Shown here: positions 14,309-26,789 of the stretch, piece after piece
How positions within the stretch are numbered: position 1 is the first letter of the stretch
Layout of the letters: each line of letters starts with the position of its first letter
Assembly: GCF_006345805.1 (NCBI RefSeq)
Contig: NC_043013.1
Coordinates: forward strand, 37,138,001-37,202,000
Length of the DNA: 64,000 nucleotides
Source: Octopus sinensis
Lineage: Eukaryota
Direction: 5' to 3'
Notes under the pieces: generated by a model
The model's database searches: none
Told to the model about the DNA's origin: nothing
What the model saw: the letters and a program-made list of their open reading frames with translations, nothing else
Translations under genes and position numbers: made by a program

Positions 14309-14558
14309 TATTTACATTATTTACATTTGACGGATATTTGTTCTCATCTTGTTTGTTGTTAACACAACGTTTCGGTTGTCATCAGATGTCTTGGGGAAAT
14401 TTCGAACCTGAGTTCTCATTCCTAAAGTATTTTTCGATGTTGTTCTTGTTCTTGTTCTTCTTGTTCTTGTTCTTGTTCTTCTTCTTCTTCTTCTTCTTCT
14501 TCTTCTTCTTCTTCTTCTTCTTCTTCTTCTTCTTCTTCTTCTTCTTCTTCTTCTTCTT

Positions 14559-14651
<93 letters not shown>

Positions 14652-14921
14652 GTTGTTGTTGTTTTTGTTTTTGTTTTTGTTGTTGTTGTTGTTATTATTA
14701 TTATTATTATTATTCGATTCCAGGCATTGACCTGAACAACAACAGCAACAACTACAACAACAACAACAGCAACGACACCAACAACAACGATAATAATAAT
14801 AACATCTAGAAACACCTTAGGAATGAGAACCCAGGTTGGTGAAGGCTGAAGGGTATATAACATTGTGTTAACAAGAAACAAGATGAGGACAAATATCCGA
14901 CAAGTGTAAATAATGTAAATA
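14309..14921. mobile_element. Inverted pair of PLE-type terminal repeats flanking a (TTC)n(TTA)n(TTG)n array
   Basis: Left arm 14309-14441 and right arm 14801-14921 are reverse complements (ttaggaatgagaac(t/c)caggtt; ttgtgttaacaa.aaacaagatgag.acaaatatccg.caa.tgtaaataatgtaaata). The left arm carries a hammerhead core. Confidence 0.75.
14361..14390 (-). ncRNA. Minimal type-I hammerhead remnant (stem II collapsed)
   Basis: Reverse complement GACAT-CTGATGA-CAACC-GAAAC-GTT-GTGTT: core intact, stem I GACAT/GTGTT, palindromic AACGTT stem III, no stem II. Confidence 0.55.
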
Positions 14922-15243
14922 ATATATAATCTAGAAATGTCAGATTTTAAAGGCAAAAAAATGAATGTCGATATAGTGTCAGAAAACTGCTTTTCGATAT
15001 TTGTACCGCTATTTACATTCTAACACCAAATCCAACCGTGGTCAACTTTTCAACCCTGATATTCAACCATCCGAAACTGATACCGAAAATACCGGAGTAG
15101 ATGTATAGAATAATTTCCAGCCCTGCTGTTTGCTGCGTTTGGGCCGAGATTACTATGGGAAAGTTAGTGGTTAATTATGCTCTTTGTCTCTGACAATCAT
15201 AACTATCTCTTTCTCCCTGTACATACATACATACATATATATA

Positions 15244-15297
<54 letters not shown>

Positions 15298-15430
15298 TAT
15301 ATATAATATATATATATATATTAATAGTTATCGCCAAGCTAATATGGCAGTCCATAGATATAGGATGAAAGCTGCCGTTGATTAGTTCCAGGAGGAACTA
15401 ATAGCTGCTTCCCCTTGCTGATCAGGCATC

Positions 15431-15470
15431 TGAAGACATGTTTCAGGGTATTTGCCCTTTATCAATGCAG
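15431..15470 (-). ncRNA. Degenerate type-I hammerhead motif
   Basis: Reverse complement TGCA-TTGATAA-AAGGG-CAAATA-CCCT-GAAAC-AT-GTC-TTCA: stem II AGGG/CCCT, GAAAC..GUC intact, two transitions in the CUGAUGA core. Confidence 0.45.
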
Positions 15471-16175
15471 AGTAGCCAAACCCAGTAGGCGTCGCTACTG
15501 ACCGCCTGTTCGAAGGATTATTTACCTAAATTCAGTGGAATACATCCACTGGTTTTCAAAAGTAGAAATATTATTATTTCTAAGTCTCTATAAAGGAGAC
15601 TATGCTTAAACAGTCACATATAGTACATGAAACAGAAAAATGTCAATTATCAAAAAATATGAAAGTTTATAAGTTAGAATAGACATAAAACAATGTTTTA
15701 TGGGCTGTCTATTTACTTCTGTCACGTCAGTACCTATATACTACCACTTCATCACATTATATGGTTTCTTTTCAATATTTTCAGTCTATTGTCGTGCTTG
15801 TAATTGTATAATTGTAATCAAAATACTGTATTTTATGTTTTTTTTACTATAAAAGCTTTATAATATATTTTCAAAGTCACATTCGTTTACATAGTAATTT
15901 AACGTTTGTATTATCTGATACATAGGATGTGCTTTCTCAAGGCGAACAGAAAACTTTTCAGGATTCCGACAGTATATCCACTTTAATTACGAAATACAGT
16001 TGTTTGCCTGTTAACTATGCTGTCAGTGATTTTCAATCATCGTCTTTTCCTTTATTTATTTATCTTTTTTTTTTTTGTTAATACTAGTATAGGCTAAATC
16101 TGTATTAGCATGCACTTGAGCGTGGTTAAAAGACAATGCCGAAGTTGGATGATTTTCGTCAGTAACTGAGATATA

Positions 16176-17685
16176 CAGTGGCTTGCAAAAGTCTACACTC
16201 TCTTTGAAAATTTATATATTTTGTATAATTTAACAGGAAACAATACATTTTTTCCAATTCCAATGATTGTTAAATAATAAGCAGATCCATAACACTTTCC
16301 TTTGATATAAAAATTACATTTAAAATTTTCTCACTGATTCTTAAAATCATATAACTTAGAAAAATATCTTTGCAAAAGTTTTCACCCCCCTCCCACATAT
16401 TATACTGTGTTATCAGGTATTTTGTCATTGATGTATACAATCCAAAACAATCAAAAGTGACATGTGTGTCCTACCTTAACAAACAAACTTGACCAGTCTA
16501 TTATTTTGCTATATAAGATGATTTAACTGCCTACAAAATCCTTAGAATTGCTCCTAAGCACCGTTAAGAAGTGGTTAGTACACAGAACTACTGCTACCCT
16601 ACCAAGATCTGGGTGACCGAGCAAATTTACAAGAACTGCAAAGTCAAAACTGGTCCCGGAGGCAAACTCCAACCCTAGGGCAACACTGGAAGACTTGAAA
16701 GCTTCAGTTTCCAGTAATGGGACAGATGTTCATGCGTCTACAATTTCCAGAGTATTGTACCGGTCTGGCCTGCAAGGAAGGGCAGCTAGAAAAAACCCTT
16801 CTGAAGCCTATACACAAGGTAACTAAGATAAAATTTGCCAAAAGTCACATTAATGATTTCATGACTCTGTGGCGAAAGATTTTGTGGTCAGATGAGACCA
16901 AAGTCGAGTTATTTGGAAAAATACGAAACGCTACGTCTGGCGGAAAAAAAGGCGCTGCTCACCAACCTCGCTACACCGTCCCCACTGTAAAGCACGGCGG
17001 TGGCTCGATCACGATTTGGGGCTGATTTTCAGCTGCAGGGCCTGGAGAGTTGGTAACCGTCCAAAGTATCATAGATAGTGTCAAATACCAAGAAATACTG
17101 GAGGCAAACCTGCTGAAGTCTGTTAGAACTCTGCGCTTGGGTCGCAATTTCAAGTTTCAACAAGATAACGACCCCAAGCAAGTGTCAAAAAGCACTAAAG
17201 CTCGGTTTGCTAGCAAGAAAATTACAGTTTTGGATTGGTTTAGCCAGTCTCCAGACTTAAATCCTACAGAGAATCTAAGCCGAGATCTAAAGCTGGCTGT
17301 GCACCGACGTTCCCCATCCAATCTGACACACCTCGAGAAGTTCTGCCACGAAGAATGGCGAAAACTGTCAGCAGACCACTGTAGCAAGCTCCTGGAAGGC
17401 TATCCGAGGCGTCTGTAGTCTGTAATTGACGCAGCTGGATTATCCACAAAGTATTAGCTGAAGACATTCCAAAAGGGTTGTTAACTTTTCAAAAGACATT
17501 TTTCAAAATTATCTGTGTTTAAGAATCTGTTTAAAATTTTTCAAATGTATTTTGTGTATTAAATAAAAGTATGATAGATCTACTTATTAAAACAAATTAT
17601 TGGAGTTTGAAATATTAATTGTTCCTATCAAAAAAAAAAAATACATCCAGTTTCCAAGCCGGGTGTAGACTTTTGCAAGGCACTG
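16176..17685 (+). mobile_element. Full-length defective Tc1 transposon (DD34E) with IR/DR-type ends and TA target duplication
   Basis: TA|cagtggcttgcaaaagtctacac ... gtgtagacttttgcaaggcactg|TA (1 mismatch in 23). About 210-bp imperfect inverted repeats with an inner repeat tttgcaaaagttttcacccc. 1510 bp long. Confidence 0.95.
16520..17457 (+). pseudogene. Tc1 transposase pseudogene
   Basis: ILWSDETKVELFG; TVKHGGGSITIWG; FQQDND then 34 residues to NPTENL; ends AAGLSTKY* (TAG 17455-17457). In-frame stops at 17023 and 17416, frameshifts, and a short N-terminus. Confidence 0.9.
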
Positions 17686-18559
17686 TATCTGCGTTTTACA
17701 ACACTGTACGTCTTTATGAGATGCCTATCCCAGAGAAACAATCTTTCTATAATATATCTGCTATCAGCATGATTTACAGATTGCTCATATGTATATATAA
17801 AAGGCAGGCTATGTGTGTGTGTGTTCGTGAATGTAATTTATGCACGTCCACAAATTTGCACGCATGTCGCTCCAAGTTTAGGAGGACATTCGTTATGACA
17901 CTAGTTGTATTTTCGTCAACTTATTTTTTTAGCAGAGGTAGCAGCGTATAGCAGTAACAATAAATCTCCAACCAAAACTTTTAACAATTTTCGAGTTGGA
18001 AAATTTGGTTGCTCATCGTAACAGCTGACCAATGGCAGGAGGAAAATGAAACGAAGGACTAGATACAGCTCTCATGTCGTCACCCGTTCCAAGAATCGAA
18101 CGAAGAAAATTACGGTCGTGAGACTAAAGCGCAAGCTAGAGTCTTTCACGCGTATATGCGTGTATATGCGAAAGTCCATAAGTAAGAGAGTGTACGTGTG
18201 TATGTGCGCGCGTGTATGTGTGTGTGTGTACGTAACGTTATGCTTACACAAATGCAATGACGAAAACAGTACTCTAACATCTTAGATTGTAAAACTCAGC
18301 ACACATATGTAGAGCCTCACGCACACACACACACATAAACACACAAACACACCCAGACACACACAGGAGCACGCACACGCACATACGAACACGCAGATAT
18401 ATTTACGAATCTGATCGAAACCAACGTTTGTACAGCAGGGTAAAAGGTGAGTAATTGAAACATTTAAAATGTAATACGGTCAAATAGCTTTCGGCCATGA
18501 ACCACGAATTCCGTTTAAAAGACTAAACGGATTTTCATTTGTTTGCTTATTTATTTGAA

Positions 18560-18608
18560 TAATGGACTGTATTGTCTTTATTTATTTATTTATTTATTTA
18601 TTTATTGC

Positions 18609-18649
<41 letters not shown>

Positions 18650-18838
18650 TATTATTATTATTATTATTATTAATTTTTTTTTTTTTGCTGTTCAGCAGCT
18701 GCTAACAATATTAGCACCGCTTTCAACACTGCTATTATATTAACAATCATCATTATCATCATCATTATCATCATCATCATCATCATCATCGTCATCATCA
18801 TCATCATCATTATCATCATCATCATCACCATCTTCATC

Positions 18839-18903
<65 letters not shown>

Positions 18904-19671
18904 TATCATCATCATCATCATTATCATCATCATTATCATCATCATCATCGTCATCGTCGTCCTCGTCATCATCATTGATCGTCAGCATCATCATAAGGGG
19001 AATCTGCTGCGTTATGAATATCATTGCGTTTGTCGGCGACATCGTCATAGTTCTTGTGATCGTCCCCCTCCCCCGCCTCCACTTTTTGAACTTCATGATC
19101 ATCATCATTGTCATCATCCCGTTAGTTACCGTTATTACCAACATCATAAAATCTACCTCCAAAATCCTCGCTACCACCGTCACCCCCACCCCACCCCCAC
19201 CACTAACACCAACAACATTATCACAATCATTATCATGATGATGAAGATGATGATGATGATCATCATGATGTACACTCTTCATCCTCCACCTCCTCATCGT
19301 CGCCGACATCCTCATCTTAGACACTTCCAAAGCATTACTGCAACTAGCATCAACATCGCTTTCTCCGACGCATCATCGTGATTATCGTTATCATCGCCAT
19401 TGTCATCGTTGTCTCCTGTCGTTATCGCAGTCGTCCTCATGGTGAAAGACAACATGATCACGATGGTGATCATGATGATGATCCTGTTGTCCTTCCTCCT
19501 CTTCTTCACCACCATCATTATCGTTATCGTCAACGTCACTATCATCAATGTCATCGCCGTCATCATCATCATTATCAACATCATCATCATCATTATCAAC
19601 GCCATCATCACCATCTTCATCAACATCATAGTCATCGTCATCGTCATCATCATCTTCATCATCATCATCAT

Positions 19672-19711
<40 letters not shown>

Positions 19712-19950
19712 GTCACCATCATCATCATCCTCATCATCAACATCATCAGTGTTTCCAACGCCATCGATTTCATCATCGTCATCATCATCCTCTTCACGTT
19801 CCTTCTCCTCCTCCTCCCTTCCTCCCCCTCCTGCTGTTCCCTCATCATCATTACCCTTATCAGCGTCGTCGTCGATATCTTCATCGTCGTCCTCCACCTC
19901 CCCTAACCCACTCATCATCATCATCGTCATCATCATCATCATCATGACTC
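18560..19950. repeat. Long decaying (TTA)n/(ATC)n/(GTC)n trinucleotide array
   Basis: Direct reading; yields stop-free poly-D/E, poly-H, poly-I and poly-M frames. Confidence 0.9.
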
Positions 19951-20366
19951 TGTATCTTAATTGCTTTTAACTTTATATTCAATCTGACCGTGATCTTAGA
20001 TTACTCTTTTTTTTTCTTTTCATTTTCTTTTCATTTTTATCCATTATGACATTCTCAACAAATCACTCACGACATTCATTAAATCAGAAACGCAAATCCG
20101 CTCCCTGACACGCAAATTTTTTTTCTTCCCTTTTCTGCTCTGTGTAAAAAAAAAAGGAACGTGTGTATGTTTGTATTTATAAGTGCGTACATTCATGTAC
20201 GTCCGTGTCTACGAGTGTATGTATATGTTGCATTTATGTGTTTGTGTACGCATGTGAGCGTGTGTATATACAATGTGTATGTATATATATACGTATATAT
20301 ATGCTTATATATATATATATATATACATGTATATATACACATATACATATATTTGATTCTACATAA

Positions 20367-20399
<33 letters not shown>

Positions 20400-20412
20400 T
20401 TATATATATATA

Positions 20413-20465
<53 letters not shown>

Positions 20466-20849
20466 ATATATGCATGTATATACATACAAATATATGTAAC
20501 TATATATATATTTATATACATACACATATATACAACTTATATATATATATATATTTATTTTATATTTATATATATATATGTATGTTTATATTTTTTATGA
20601 GTGTGTATGTGTGTATTAAAAAAATTAATGAAAAACATTTATTGAACTTAAAATACAAATAAATATCAGAAATGGTTGAGTGAACGGGTAGAGGTTAGTG
20701 GCATCAGAAACTGGTGTGAGGTTTTTAGGTGTAAATTTACGGCTCCAGCGGTGCATCCCTTCACTTACTGTTTTCTGTAACTATTGCTTTCTAGAACTCA
20801 CACACGCACACTTACACACCTCCGCGCACGCATTCATTCACATGCACGC

Positions 20850-20881
<32 letters not shown>

Positions 20882-21039
20882 TCATACAAAGAAACACACT
20901 TGCACGCATAATATGTGGTACATACATATTTTGTAATATTCTCCTAGTCTCTCTACCTCTTTTTGTTTCTTTTTATTTGTGTGACATAAACAAATTTTCC
21001 ACAAAAAAAGCCAACAAATTTTTCACATAAAACACAAAT

Positions 21040-21615
21040 ACTCTTTTCCACTCAAAGTACAAGGCCTAAAATTTTGGGGGTTGGGGGCCAGTCGATTATA
21101 TCAACCCCAGCACAGAACTGGTACTTAATTTATCGACACCGAAAGGATGAAAGGCAAATTCGACCTCGGCGGAATTTGAACTCAGAACGTAAAGAGAGTC
21201 GAAATACCTAGTTCTTAACTACCCACAAGGGTTTAAACACAGAAAGGAGAAACAAGGACAGACAACCGGATTAAGTCGATTATATCGACCCCAGTGCATA
21301 AGTGGTATTTATTTAATCGACCCCGAAATGATGAAAGGCAAAGTCGACTTCGGCGGAATTTGAACTCAGAACGTAGCGCCAGACGAAATACCGCTAAGCA
21401 TATCGCCCGACGTGCTAATGTTTCTTATTTCTTTATTGCCCACAAGGAGCTAAACTTAGAGGGGACAAACAAGGACATACAAAGGGATTAAGTCGATTAC
21501 AGCGACCCCAGTGCGTAACTGGTACTTATTTAATCGACCACGAACGGATGGAAGGCAAAGTCGACCTCGGCGGGATTTGAACTCAGAACGTAGCAGCAGA
21601 CGAAATACCGCTAAG
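21040..21615 (-). mobile_element. Three head-to-tail copies of SINE family B
   Basis: gacctcggcggaatttgaactcagaacgta occurs three times (about 21165, 21345, 21565), each followed by gaaatacc. Confidence 0.9.
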
Positions 21616-22150
21616 ATCAGAATGAAAGAAAGAAACAGAGAGAGAGAGAGAGGGAGGGAGGGAGGGAGAGGATATCTCCGACATATGACACATCTTAGAG
21701 TCTTTAATTGACGAAGTCGATAATGTAGAAAGCGAACAGTGATGGACACATAACATTTTCTTGTAGAAACGAGAAGTAACCCGCCGCAAACACACATAAG
21801 CTACTAAATGCGCTTCTCTCAGAATTTGGCCCATCTTTCAGTTCAAAACACTGAACAATCATTTGATAAAAACTATACTCAAGATAACGTCAGATACTTC
21901 TATGAATGTAGTTTTTGTATCAACATGAACAATTAAAGTCGCTTACGAGTGAAAGGTTTTCATCGAAAGCTTGCCCAATGACAGCAGATACGAAGGAAAC
22001 CAACACACAATATATTCAGCAGTTAATGAAGGATGATTCCAAACGGATTTCCTCTCAGTTACCCACTCAGATTCATATATTTCAGCGTCTCTCTAAGTGT
22101 TCCCACACAGAGTTATATACGTAATAAACACTGGCATATATGAAAATGTG

Positions 22151-22365
22151 CGAGTGAGTGCTGAAAGTTCCTTCGATTTAAGGCTACCGTGAATGACCTG
22201 GATGGAGGCCCAGACTGCCGAGTTCTTTTTATAGAAAGCTTAGAAAAAGTGAAGGACCGTGGCAATAAGTGTGTTAATCTGTGAGAGGATATATTGGATA
22301 AAATTATTAATTAACTGACCCTCCTATATTTTCTTTTACTTAAAGCCAGGCAGTTTTCACCACAT
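22151..22365 (+). mobile_element. Non-autonomous mariner derivative (MITE) retaining the transposase C-terminus
   Basis: Ends gtgctgaaagttcc / ggcagttttcacca are imperfect inverted repeats. The interior reads LEKVKDRGNKCVNL*EDILDK, like the mariner C-terminal KL..RW.KC....G.Y motif. Confidence 0.65.
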
Positions 22366-22567
22366 ATTTAAACCACAGCTAGAAATCGATTGCTAATGAG
22401 AATGTGAGATAACCTTACCGTCTACCATCTCAACCCACATATAGCGTAACTGAAGGAGGAAGACAAAACCGAAAGCCGATGATAACCACACGTGGAAGAT
22501 AGCATCCATTGTTTATATCCGGTTCGTTTCTTGCTCCATACTAAGAGGCCATAGGCCAATAAGTCTT

Positions 22568-22625
22568 AGGGTCTGATGATACGCCATAAAGCTACTCTTT
22601 ATGGCGAGAAAGCCAGGGTGAACCT
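22568..22625 (+). ncRNA. Degenerate hammerhead motif with perfect 10-bp stem II
   Basis: GGGT-CTGATGA-TA-CGCCATAAAG-CTACT-CTTTATGGCG-A-GAAA-GCCAGGGTG-AACC. The stem III and cleavage triplet region is mutated. Confidence 0.5.
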
Positions 22626-22748
22626 ATAAATGGGACTTCACCAGTAATATATATATATATGTATATACACGCACACACGGACACATATAAATAAATAAAT
22701 AAATAAATAAATAAATGGAGTTAAAGGTGTTATTCAATTTTTTTTTTT

Positions 22749-22837
22749 ATTTCCGATGCATGTTTCGAAAACACCATTGGTATTATTCCAAAGGAATAAA
22801 ATGGTGTAAAACAATGTTATCTTCTCTTCGGGGAAAT
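22749..22837 (-). ncRNA. Degenerate hammerhead motif with long stem II
   Basis: Reverse complement ATTTCC-CCGAAGA-[branched stem II containing acaccat/atggtgt and tattcc/ggaata]-GAAAC-ATGC-ATC-GGAAAT; perfect 6-bp stem I. Confidence 0.55.
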
Positions 22838-22944
22838 GAAGAAATGAAACAAACTTGTCAATAAGTCATTTTAACAGAATATGATGGATACGTATAGTGA
22901 TGAACTGAACGCTATTAAGCAAAGGAAAATACTAAATACACACA

Positions 22945-22980
<36 letters not shown>

Positions 22981-23212
22981 CATGAAATTAATGTAGAGAG
23001 CAGCTTGCAATGTCTCACCAAAAATGAAAACTATAATCGTCCCTGAATGTGAGTAGGGTGTTAGAAATACCCACATTGCTAGAGATAAGAGCTAAAATGC
23101 TCTAAAGATGTAGTCAATGCAGATAATTGCATATATATATACTGACAGGGACTGAAATCGTCCGAAAATACCGTTCGAGAATTATGTGTGTGTGAGTGTT
23201 TCTGTGTGTGTG

Positions 23213-23248
<36 letters not shown>

Positions 23249-23551
23249 TGTGTGTGTGTAAATATATATGCATACACACACACATACACATACACAATTG
23301 GGCACACATATGTATGGAATTTATATTATAAATACATAAATTATGATATGCGTATCGGTGAATACAATATATGAGAATATATATATGAAAATACATTATT
23401 CATTGTATATATGCAAGTATCTATACAATATCTATATTATAATAATTTCTTTGTATGAATGTATGTATATACATACATATATATATTTATGTATTTATGT
23501 ATGCATATATATATATATATATTATATATATATATACATATAATATATATA

Positions 23552-23665
<114 letters not shown>

Positions 23666-24009
23666 TGTGTATCAGATTTGTATGTAGGAGCTAGAGATAT
23701 AAAATAAAGAAAAATGCAATTTATTATTCGGCCCTTTATTTTTTGCACATCCAACATGTAAAAAGGCTTAACATGAAAAACATATCATCAGATGCTTTAT
23801 TAATGTTTTTGTACTGTTCCTGACATTTTTCGTTGTTCGTTGTTCGAATTTCTCTTCTCTATTTTTTTTTTCATCTTTTTTTTTTGAGGCATTCCTGTAT
23901 AAAAATCCAAAGAGATATTAATTTTCAAAGAGAATTTCGATTGACAAATGTATTATAATGGAAACTTCAAATACAATTTCTGAGTCATGTATTAAAAGAA
24001 TACAATTAC

Positions 24010-24064
<55 letters not shown>

Positions 24065-24826
24065 CATATGTATATATAGAAGTATACGCGTGTGGGTGTG
24101 TTTATGCATGTGTACATGTGTACATATGTGTGTTTGTGTGGGTTTCTGTGTGTGTACGCACTCGGTTTTTTTAGGTAAAAAGTATAATAGATACTAATTC
24201 TGAATATGGTAAATATTTACAATTGCATACATATAAATAAAATTATGTGCTGCCACATATACAGAAATTAAATTGTTTAAGTGTATGCATATGTCTATTT
24301 ACATAAATAAATTTGAGTATTGATATATTATATACACAATTTCAGTTTTTCGGTTCGTTTTATATTCATGCTCTTGGTGTCAGGTTTTCAATCGCTCGGT
24401 CCATCCACTCTATAGACAATTGGACTCACTTGTCTTTTGTACATCGTAACGAACAGAAATCTAGACACAAACACACACACACACACACTCCTAACCACAT
24501 GGTTATACATATTTTTTTGTATATATTAGTACACATACATCCGTGCATATATCTATACAGATGTAAATATTTTCTGTGCGTATATATAGGCGTGTCTGTA
24601 TACGAACTAATAGGAATGCATCACATTATGCTTATGTAGACGAAGAAACATATTGGCTGGAGATAGTAATTGATCATAATTCGTGTAAACACTAATGCGA
24701 TATGTAGTGTAAGAAATAGATCGATACTGTAGCATTGAAAAGTGAATTGAACTTACCAATTACCAAAAAATACAAGCAGTAAAGAGAATAATGTTGGTCA
24801 TATATTTTTCATGTTATAACATATAT

Positions 24827-24883
<57 letters not shown>

Positions 24884-25593
24884 TATAAATAGATATATAT
24901 ATAAAATATTATATATAATATATATAATATACATATATATACATATATATATACATATATATATATATTAAATATATATTTATACATATATATATATATA
25001 CATATACACACATATATAATATATGTATATATATCTTCAGTAAAAGAGAGCGAGAGAGATAGGAAGAGAGACTGAAAGAAAGATAGATAGACATAGATAT
25101 ATATGTATGTAAATATATATAATACACACACACATATGTATATATCCATGTATATGTATATATATGGATATAGATATATATATACATATATACATACATA
25201 TATATGTGTATGTGTGTGTGTGACTGTGTGTTTTTTGTATGCGTATGTGTCTGTGTGAGTCAGTGTATGTGTGTGTTTATATTTATGTATGTGTATACAT
25301 AGAGAGGCTTCGAGATTTCTTGAAGACTATGAAAGATTTCGTTACTGTTCAAAGGACCGAGAGAAGAGGATTAAATTAATATGGTAATGGGACAAAATAT
25401 GTATGGAGTTATTCAAATATAATAGTCTTGGCATTGAGATATGAAAATATGTATCATATGAAACACGGTATATTTTCAGCTATTGTGGGAAGATGACTAA
25501 CAACAAAAGAAAAATTACACCACCACCTCAACGAAAATATCATATCCACTACCACAACAGCTATACTGATGATAATAATAATAATAATAATAA

Positions 25594-25668
<75 letters not shown>

Positions 25669-26449
25669 TTATACACAACAACCACGTACCATATGAAATA
25701 TTAAAAACATTATTTAAATATAATATGAAAGCGAATATTTGGTTCCTTCTCAAAAATATATTTCTCACTGTTTAGTGTAATGCGCATTGATGAGGGACAT
25801 TGTAATGCTTGAAAAATGGAATTGCATGGAAAATCATGCTAAAAGAAAATAATGACAATCTGCGACGAAAATATGAGAATTTGGTAATTCTAATTAAGTT
25901 GGATATTGTTGCATTTGACCAAATAAAACGCACATATATCTGCGCGTGCGTGTGTATGTGTGTTTATACGTCAGCACACATGTATACCACCTTATATATC
26001 ATAAGGATTTTATATGCACGTAAATATTTTTCTACATTTTTCTGTTTATAAGAAATAGGGCAAATAGCCGTTATAGGTGAGCAAATATGGGCGAGTAAAG
26101 GAAACAAACTGTTGCTAATTGTTTCGGATGCTTTTGAAGTACTAAGGGTCCATACAAGGTATATAGCATTATATGATAGTAGAGTGCACAGTTTTGGCTC
26201 ATATAGTAAACATATGCATGCACATATAAATACGTGTTTGCTTGTGTTTGCGTATTTGTGAGTGTAGGTGTGTTTTTATATATAAAAATGTATGTGTATA
26301 TATATTTATATATATATATGTATGTATGTATATATATATGCGTATATATATATATATATATACATTATATACCTATATATATATTTAAAAAATTATCAGA
26401 ATGAGATAAAAACCTGAGGCTGTGTAAGATTTCAGAACATTTATAATAG

Positions 26450-26493
26450 GTCTTACAGCTGTTTCCATGATATTTATTATATCCCTTCATCGG
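26450..26493 (-). ncRNA. Type-I hammerhead remnant (5' strand of stem I lost)
   Basis: Reverse complement CCGATGA-AGGGATATAATAAATATCATG-GAAAC-AGCT-GTA-AGAC; palindromic ACAGCTGT stem III. Confidence 0.55.
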
Positions 26494-26668
26494 TGTAAGT
26501 ACAAGGTTAAGCAATAGTTATTCTAGATAAGATATTAAAATAGAGAGTGAAAATAGACGTGGAATATGCAGGGGTATTGCACATCTCACGTCTATTTTCA
26601 TTCCTCCACTTCACTCTCTATTTCATATCTCATCTAGAATAACTATTGCTTAGCCATGTTCTCACACC

Positions 26669-26716
26669 GTCTCCGGTGAAGGGGTATATAAAATATCCTG
26701 GAAACACATGTAAGAC
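26669..26716 (+). ncRNA. Type-I hammerhead remnant (core mutated)
   Basis: GTCT-CCGGTGA-AGGGGTATATAAAATATCCTG-GAAAC-ACAT-GTA-AGAC; stem I GTCT/AGAC; A6 changed to G. Confidence 0.55.
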
Positions 26717-26789
26717 CTTTTATTTATAAATGTTCAGAAATATTTCACATCATTGGATTTTTATCTAATTTTGTTATTTTTTTAATATA

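Larger units (their letters stand above)
26429..26741. mobile_element. 313-bp fold-back of two inverted PLE-type terminal repeats, each with a hammerhead motif
   Basis: Arms 26429-26570 and 26578-26741 are reverse complements separated by a 7-nt spacer (ggggtat). Confidence 0.8.

Noticed and set aside
18430-18452. Micro-exon candidates (cag...AAG|gtgagt here, and CA|gtaagt on the minus strand near 20765)
   Set aside because: Splice-like words alone are not evidence in 64 kb; no coding support.
21040-21615. CRISPR-like or satellite array
   Set aside because: The units are ~190-bp SINE copies with Pol III B-boxes, not short repeats with unique spacers.
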